A program made the translations under genes and the position numbers. DNA of 64,000 nt, from assembly GCA_902573115.1 (NCBI GenBank), contig CACGIM010000002.1:11649-75648 (forward strand), given 5' to 3'. Below the pieces are notes generated by a model that saw only the letters and a program-made list of their open reading frames with translations, ran no database searches and was not told where the DNA came from. The stretch is from an uncultured Candidatus Poseidoniales archaeon (GTDB lineage: Archaea > Thermoplasmatota > Poseidoniia > Poseidoniales > Thalassarchaeaceae). Shown one piece after another: positions 58,985 through 64,000 of the stretch (positions within the stretch are counted from its first letter, which is position 1; each line of letters starts with the position of its first letter).

Positions 58985-59135
58985 GCCAAGTACATCTCAG
59001 CACCCCACTCCTCAGATCCTCCGCTAATCGCCCAGCCTACGACAGCAAGAATCAGACCTGGTACTGCCCCCAATGACCCGAACAGTAGCGATCTTCCCAA
59101 ACCCATAATCAATTCACCAACCCGAGAGAATTGTC

Positions 59136-60833
59136 CTAATCGTTAGGTCTTCTCCATGACCATTTTGCCATAATAGCTGTTTGGGAGATGGACAAACCGA
59201 GTGCCCACCAGATCCAGATTGGCAAACCAAGTACATATCCTGAGGAGTCATCCCACCACCAAAAGTCTTGAGCTAGTACAAAAATGCCTGTCAACCCCAA
59301 TAGGTATAGAGCTTCATTTGATCCTGCCCCCCTACTTTCCAATGTTAATCGCTTCCCGGTGAATGCATACTGGGATGCTAGCAGGGCAAATATTGCCGCA
59401 GCCAACGATGGAACTACTGCAGTAGGAACCGCAGCCTTCACAGGTTGGATCCACCATCCATCAAATGATTCGGGGGAAAATAATGCAAGAAAAACAATCG
59501 CTTCACCAGCTAATATGGAGCAGACGACTGATCGGCCATCTATGTTGTCAGAAAAGGCTGTGGCAAATACCGAAGGGAACATTACCGCATACATTGAGAA
59601 TGCAAGGAGCCCTAAATCAAGGATTGAGAGATCCGACCAAAGGGATAGGACAAGACCGGTTATTGCCAAACTAATTATTACCGATTCTCTTGAAATAACA
59701 GGATTCTCTCCTCCTTGCTCTCCTATCCACGAAACAGACTCGCTCAAATCATCCATCTCACCCTGCCGGTGGCTACCTTTTGGAATTAGGTCTCTTGTCA
59801 CCAATGAACCAGTAGCTAGGAGCTGTGAGTCCATTGTGGACATGAGAGCTGCAAGGCCTGCAACAAGCACCAGTCCGCCAAGCCATTCTCCTCCAACTTC
59901 CATAATCATAGTTGGTAGGATATTGTCAGACCCAGTTCTGTCCAGACCTGGGTATCTGATGTGACCAATAATCCCGATCATTATTGGTGGGAGGAAGGCC
60001 AACCATGCTACTGCTGGGTATAAGGTAGCCATCTTTCCTATGGACTCATCGCTATCTGCTGCGCAAAGTCTCTGATATAGCTGGGGAAACATTGGGTCAG
60101 CGAAAAGCCACAACAGCATTGTGCTTGTCCAGACTAACAAGACATAATTTCCCTCCCTATTTAGAAGTCTTGAGGTGTCCTCGTTAGATCTGAGACTGTC
60201 CATGGCGGCCTCGATACCACCCGCATCTCCTACTACCATTGCCAGACCTACCCATAGCAACGCTAGAGCCAACGCTCCTTGGGCAACATCAGTCCTAACA
60301 ACTGCCTTCAGGCCGCCTGTTAGCGTATATCCAACTACTAAGACCGTTACAAGGACAGCTCCTACCCACTCAGGTCCTCCAAAAAGTGCAGAGAAAACTA
60401 TGCCTGCCGCTCTAGGTTGTAGAGCCAAATAAGGAATTGTGGCCAAAACAAGAATTGATGCCATGGTGATCTGGGCGTTTCTAGATCCGGTCTGGCCTCT
60501 AATCATCTCGGGCGCAGTGATTGCCCCATGTTGGATTGACCTAGCCCTAATTCTCCTTCCCAATACAAACATCGAGACGGCCATGAAGCCTGTCCCAAAT
60601 GCCATTATTGGTAGAAAGGAAAGTCCTACTCTGTATGCGGCACCACTTGATCCATATACCGTAAATGCACTAAAGTTGGTTGCTGCCATAGTAACTAACA
60701 AAATTGGCCCAGTCAGCCCCCTTTCAGCTAGGTAGTAAGATTCGTCTTCATTTCCCAAATCTCGTCTAGCCCAAATAGCAAATAGCATCATTGCAATTGC
60801 ATATGCGGAAACGATGAGCCAAGCAGAAGACAT
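59136..60833 (-). CDS. Sodium:solute symporter (SSS) family transporter
   Basis: GGLKAVVRTDVAQG signature and about 13 TM. Carries a loop motif shared with the C-terminus of the S8-MFS fusion. Confidence 0.75.
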   Translation of the reverse strand: MSSAWLIVSAYAIAMMLFAIWARRDLGNEDESYYLAERGLTGPILLVTMAATNFSAFTVYGSSGAAYRVGLSFLPIMAFGTGFMAVSMFVLGRRIRARSIQHGAITAPEMIRGQTGSRNAQITMASILVLATIPYLALQPRAAGIVFSALFGGPEWVGAVLVTVLVVGYTLTGGLKAVVRTDVAQGALALALLWVGLAMVVGDAGGIEAAMDSLRSNEDTSRLLNREGNYVLLVWTSTMLLWLFADPMFPQLYQRLCAADSDESIGKMATLYPAVAWLAFLPPIMIGIIGHIRYPGLDRTGSDNILPTMIMEVGGEWLGGLVLVAGLAALMSTMDSQLLATGSLVTRDLIPKGSHRQGEMDDLSESVSWIGEQGGENPVISRESVIISLAITGLVLSLWSDLSILDLGLLAFSMYAVMFPSVFATAFSDNIDGRSVVCSILAGEAIVFLALFSPESFDGWWIQPVKAAVPTAVVPSLAAAIFALLASQYAFTGKRLTLESRGAGSNEALYLLGLTGIFVLAQDFWWWDDSSGYVLGLPIWIWWALGLSISQTAIMAKWSWRRPND

Positions 60834-60882
60834 GTGTCCCGGAGGGGACCCCTAGCATTATGATGTCTGTGAGGGGGGGGAA

Positions 60883-61434
60883 CTACCAAGGGAACTTGTA
60901 AACCCATATTATGAAGTCATTAAGAATACATTGGATTGCGAGCAAAATTGCCCCCATGATCATTAGTCCTGAGCCCTCGACTCCATCCTTGTAGGAACCG
61001 TAAGCTAACATCCCTAGCATCACATTACCCATTGAGGTAAGAAATAAGGTTCCAATTACGAGTAAAAAGGTCCATGTGTAGTCATTCTCAATATGGAAAA
61101 TAGTACTCTCGATCCAAAGGGCGGATGGGATGAGAAATAAAGCATAGGACAAGAGCAATCGTTTTGCTCCTTTGCCGTCAGAAATACCCCATGGCCACCT
61201 CATAGATGAAAGAGTGGTTTCGTCTAATTGGTAGAATACAATGTACCAATACATCAGAAAGCCAAATGCAGCAATGAACATGAATGGGACAATGTATGTT
61301 TGCCATGACAAGGGAACTCCCCCCCATAGAGAGTTTGGATCTTCAACATGGGACAATCCGTATGCATAAGATACGAGGACCAAAGGTCCAAACACGAAAG
61401 TGAACCCAAGTACCAGCCTTCGAGAAATGTCCAT
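60883..61434 (-). CDS. Membrane protein with 5-6 TM, unknown
   Basis: Hydrophobic and Trp-rich. Confidence 0.35.
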   Translation of the reverse strand: MDISRRLVLGFTFVFGPLVLVSYAYGLSHVEDPNSLWGGVPLSWQTYIVPFMFIAAFGFLMYWYIVFYQLDETTLSSMRWPWGISDGKGAKRLLLSYALFLIPSALWIESTIFHIENDYTWTFLLVIGTLFLTSMGNVMLGMLAYGSYKDGVEGSGLMIMGAILLAIQCILNDFIIWVYKFPW

Positions 61435-61471
61435 AATTTTTGGGCGCGGCCTAACATGATAAAATAAAGCC

Positions 61472-62032
61472 GTGTTCCTTCTCCCCGTTTCAATGGGGGT
61501 TCCGTACGAAGAGCCTGATTTTATGGTAATCTCAAAACATCGTGGTTTCGAGGTCAGGTTTTATTCGGATACAGTTCAAGCTCGAGTAAGAACGACCGGG
61601 CAGGATTGGAAAGGGTCAAGCGGAGGGTTCAGGAGGATTGCAGGATATATTTTCGGGGGGAACAACAGGAATGAGATGATAGCAATGACAGCTCCTGTAC
61701 ACATCTGGGAGGAGGATGATGGAATGATGATGGCATTTACAATGCCATCAGAATATTCGGAAAATAGCCTTCCCCTTCCAAATGATGAGGGTGTTCAGAT
61801 AGAAAGGCAGGAAGGTGGGGGATTCTGTGCTTTGAAATTCTCAGGTCTTTCCGGGCCCAGGAAGTCTAAAAGGCTGATAAGAAGGCTTACTTTAATGATT
61901 GAGGGTGAGGGTTTGAAGATCACAGGACCGGCCCTACTAGCAATATATGACAATCCCAACACAACATTACCATTCTTAAGAAGAAACGAAATTCTCATCC
62001 CAATAGATATTGAGCTACCCAAAGCAAATTAA
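61472..62032 (+). CDS. SOUL/HBP-family haem-binding-like protein
   Basis: PYEEPDF...FEVRFY...GF.RIAGYIFGGN...MTAPV pattern. Confidence 0.6.
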   Translation: MFLLPVSMGVPYEEPDFMVISKHRGFEVRFYSDTVQARVRTTGQDWKGSSGGFRRIAGYIFGGNNRNEMIAMTAPVHIWEEDDGMMMAFTMPSEYSENSLPLPNDEGVQIERQEGGGFCALKFSGLSGPRKSKRLIRRLTLMIEGEGLKITGPALLAIYDNPNTTLPFLRRNEILIPIDIELPKAN

Positions 62033-62053
62033 TCCGGACCCACAGCTGCAATA

Positions 62054-62770
62054 GTGCAGAGGTGCGGAGTGACAGATGTTGCTAGGGCTCTAGATCTTGA
62101 GCAGGTAAGCCTCCTATTAGTCCTTAGAGGGTGTTCAGAACCTGATGTCATTAGGCTTAGAAAAATTGCAGAGGAAAAGGGGATTCCCGTTCGTGATTCA
62201 TCGAAGAATGATATGTGGAGGATGGCTAGAAGGAATAATGGAGCCGAGCCTCCTCCAATTTTGGCACTGGTGGGAAGAGATCCTGATGCTAGTGTAGACG
62301 AAGTCCTTGGCGCTGGTGGTTTGGCTTGGCTTCTTGCAGGAGCCAGATACCCGGTCAACATTGGATTCACTATTCGAACAGCTGAGGTTAGTGGTTCCAA
62401 TGCAGTCTTTGTAGACGGAGACCTTAGCCACGCTCAGAAGAAGTCTGCAAAGAGAGCTTCAATGAAGGCACATAGGTTCATGCCTGTTCATTGGGTACAA
62501 GGTGATGAGTTGGTAAGATTGGCGAAGGCATCGGGTTTCAGAGTGATTGCATTGGAGGATACTGGAAGTTTAGAGCCTTGGGAAGAGGATCTTACAGGGG
62601 ATGTTCTTCTCGTGGTAGGGGGGGAGAAAGACGGTATTTCCGATTCGATTCTTGGTGAATGTGACTCTGTATTGCGTATCCCTATGTCGGGATTCGTTCC
62701 ATCCTACAACCTTCAGGCACCAATGGCTGTTGTCGCTGCAGAAGCATTGAGGCAGAGGAGATACGTCTAG
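62054..62770 (+). CDS. SpoU/TrmH-family RNA 2'-O-methyltransferase
   Basis: SPOUT motifs (LEDTGSLEP, LLVVGGEKDGIS, IPMSGFVPSYNLQAPMAV). Confidence 0.7.
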   Translation: MQRCGVTDVARALDLEQVSLLLVLRGCSEPDVIRLRKIAEEKGIPVRDSSKNDMWRMARRNNGAEPPPILALVGRDPDASVDEVLGAGGLAWLLAGARYPVNIGFTIRTAEVSGSNAVFVDGDLSHAQKKSAKRASMKAHRFMPVHWVQGDELVRLAKASGFRVIALEDTGSLEPWEEDLTGDVLLVVGGEKDGISDSILGECDSVLRIPMSGFVPSYNLQAPMAVVAAEALRQRRYV

Positions 62771-63912
62771 AAATTTGAGTCTAGTTCCCGACCGATGATC
62801 AAACGTTGAATCTGACTGGTTCCTTCAAAAATCTGGTAAATCTTAGCTCCTCTCATCCTTCTAGCCACAGGGTATTCTTCCGAGTAACCATATCCACCTA
62901 GAATCTGTACAGCATCAGTAGTGACCTCCATACCAATATCTGCAGCGAACCTTTTCGCATGTGCCGCCTTTAGAGTGGCCCTCTCCCCACTATCTATTGC
63001 ACAAGCAGCACTGTAGGCTAGTAGTCTGGCGGCCTCTATTTTTGTTGCCATATCTGCAAGCATGAAAGAAATTGATTGATGTTGAGAGATCGGCTTCCCG
63101 AAAGTCTTCCTCTCCTTCGCGTATTTCCAGGCTTCCTCCATAGCTCCTCGAGCGTTGCCAAGAGCTCCTGCGGCTACCGCTGGTCTTGAGTGATCAAATG
63201 CCTTCATCGCATTCATCCAACCTCCGTTCTCTACACCTCCAACCAAATTGCCTTCGGGGACCCTGACGTCAGTAAACACAACCCCTCTCGTATCGGAACA
63301 TCTCTGTCCCATATTTACTTCCTTTTTTCCAAGCTCTACACCAGGGGTATCTGCGTCAACTATGAATCCACTAAGCCCCCCATAACCTGCTGGCTTATTT
63401 GTGTAGGCTAGTACGAAGAACCAGTCCGCATATCCTGCTCCAGATATCCATGCCTTGCTTCCATTTATTACGTATTCATCTCCATCCTTGACGGCCTCTG
63501 TCTTCAGGGACTGGACGTCGGATCCTGCATCTGGTTCAGTGACACAATATGCGGCTAGCTTGCCTGACACAACTCTCCCGAAATATTCTTTTTTCTGATC
63601 CTCAGTACCTCCGGTGAGGATTGGCAAAGTTGCCAACATGGTATGGTAAGCTGCTGTCCCAAAACCGGGGTCGCCTCTTGAAACCTCTTCGCAGATAATT
63701 ATCTCGTCCAAAGCGGACATGCCCTGCCCACCATATTTCTCTGGTATGGTGACATTTAGGAGTCCTAATTCGTGGGCTTTCTTTATTGTCTCTAGGGGAT
63801 ATGTTCCCTCCCTGTCCCATTCCTCTGCGTAGGGAATTACTTCCTCGTCGCAAAACTCCCTTGCCATGTCACGAATCATTAGCTGCTCTTCACTCAGTGT
63901 AAAATCAACCAT
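62767..63912 (-). CDS. Acyl-CoA dehydrogenase
   Basis: ACAD N-terminus (LSEEQ..IRDMAREF), the PS1/PS2-like region and catalytic Glu near the C-terminus (YQIFEGTSQIQRLIIGR). Confidence 0.85.
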   Translation of the reverse strand: MVDFTLSEEQLMIRDMAREFCDEEVIPYAEEWDREGTYPLETIKKAHELGLLNVTIPEKYGGQGMSALDEIIICEEVSRGDPGFGTAAYHTMLATLPILTGGTEDQKKEYFGRVVSGKLAAYCVTEPDAGSDVQSLKTEAVKDGDEYVINGSKAWISGAGYADWFFVLAYTNKPAGYGGLSGFIVDADTPGVELGKKEVNMGQRCSDTRGVVFTDVRVPEGNLVGGVENGGWMNAMKAFDHSRPAVAAGALGNARGAMEEAWKYAKERKTFGKPISQHQSISFMLADMATKIEAARLLAYSAACAIDSGERATLKAAHAKRFAADIGMEVTTDAVQILGGYGYSEEYPVARRMRGAKIYQIFEGTSQIQRLIIGRELDSNF

Positions 63913-64000
63913 GGATGAACCAGCAATCAGCAGTATATGAGTGATTTCTGGTCTTACTCTTTTTGCACCAAGTGTAGATTACTCACTAATTTACAATTGA

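Noticed and set aside
58903-59112. 69-aa hydrophobic ORF overlapping the 5' end of nth
   Set aside because: It overlaps the nth N-terminal region by about 80 nt. It could be a real small membrane protein if nth starts at an internal ATG, but there is no family support.
60874-60881. G8 homopolymer in the intergenic space upstream of the SSS transporter, plus G7/C7 tracts at 39966, 53994 and 46137
   Set aside because: Only the mvk G8 tract interrupts a gene. About one G8 is expected by chance in 64 kb on both strands, so the observed count is not clearly an excess.
1-64000. Search for tRNA/rRNA genes, CRISPR arrays, transposases and integrases
   Set aside because: All intergenic gaps are under 200 bp, and none shows cloverleaf-compatible or repeat-spacer structure. 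No ORF has transposase, integrase or Cas signatures.

Overview
This 64-kb window is one contiguous chromosomal segment that looks archaeal. The evidence is an archaeal-type shikimate pathway (aroA'/aroB', GHMP-type shikimate kinase), the archaeal FAD synthetase RibL, a TATA-binding protein (TBP), a SepF-like protein, and many acidic secreted and lipobox proteins. GC content and gene content fit a marine planktonic euryarchaeote (Poseidoniales/MGII-like), though that assignment is inference. Coding density is very high, and genes from about 4.7 to 28.8 kb sit almost entirely on the minus strand.

Main contents:
- Exonuclease III (xth).
- An aroA'-aroB'-aroK-aroC chorismate cluster.
- A DUF4350–MoxR–DUF58–membrane-protein operon.
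- A molybdenum-hydroxylase locus (CoxS/L/M-like) with XdhC, MocA, an HTH_10 regulator, an S8 lipoprotein peptidase and a permease-like protein.
- A Ca/Na antiporter.
- A fused E1 alpha/beta 2-oxoacid dehydrogenase with an N-terminal Zn ribbon.
- MoeZ/ThiF-rhodanese and thioredoxin reductase.
- A ribB-ribL-ribE-ribH riboflavin operon.
- A 1291-aa secreted subtilase fused to an MFS transporter, followed by a start-less glutaredoxin ORF.
- H+-pyrophosphatase, NadE, IleRS and CysRS.
- An HdrDE-like membrane Fe-S protein.
- A mevalonate kinase split by a G8 frameshift.
- A TBP with an unusual insertion.
- A 1166-aa PKD-repeat surface protein.
- Bcp peroxiredoxin, endonuclease III, an SSS-family symporter, a SOUL-family protein, a SpoU methyltransferase and an acyl-CoA dehydrogenase.

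I could not support any rRNA, tRNA, CRISPR array, transposase or integrase. The ORF track calls GTG and TTG starts as M.
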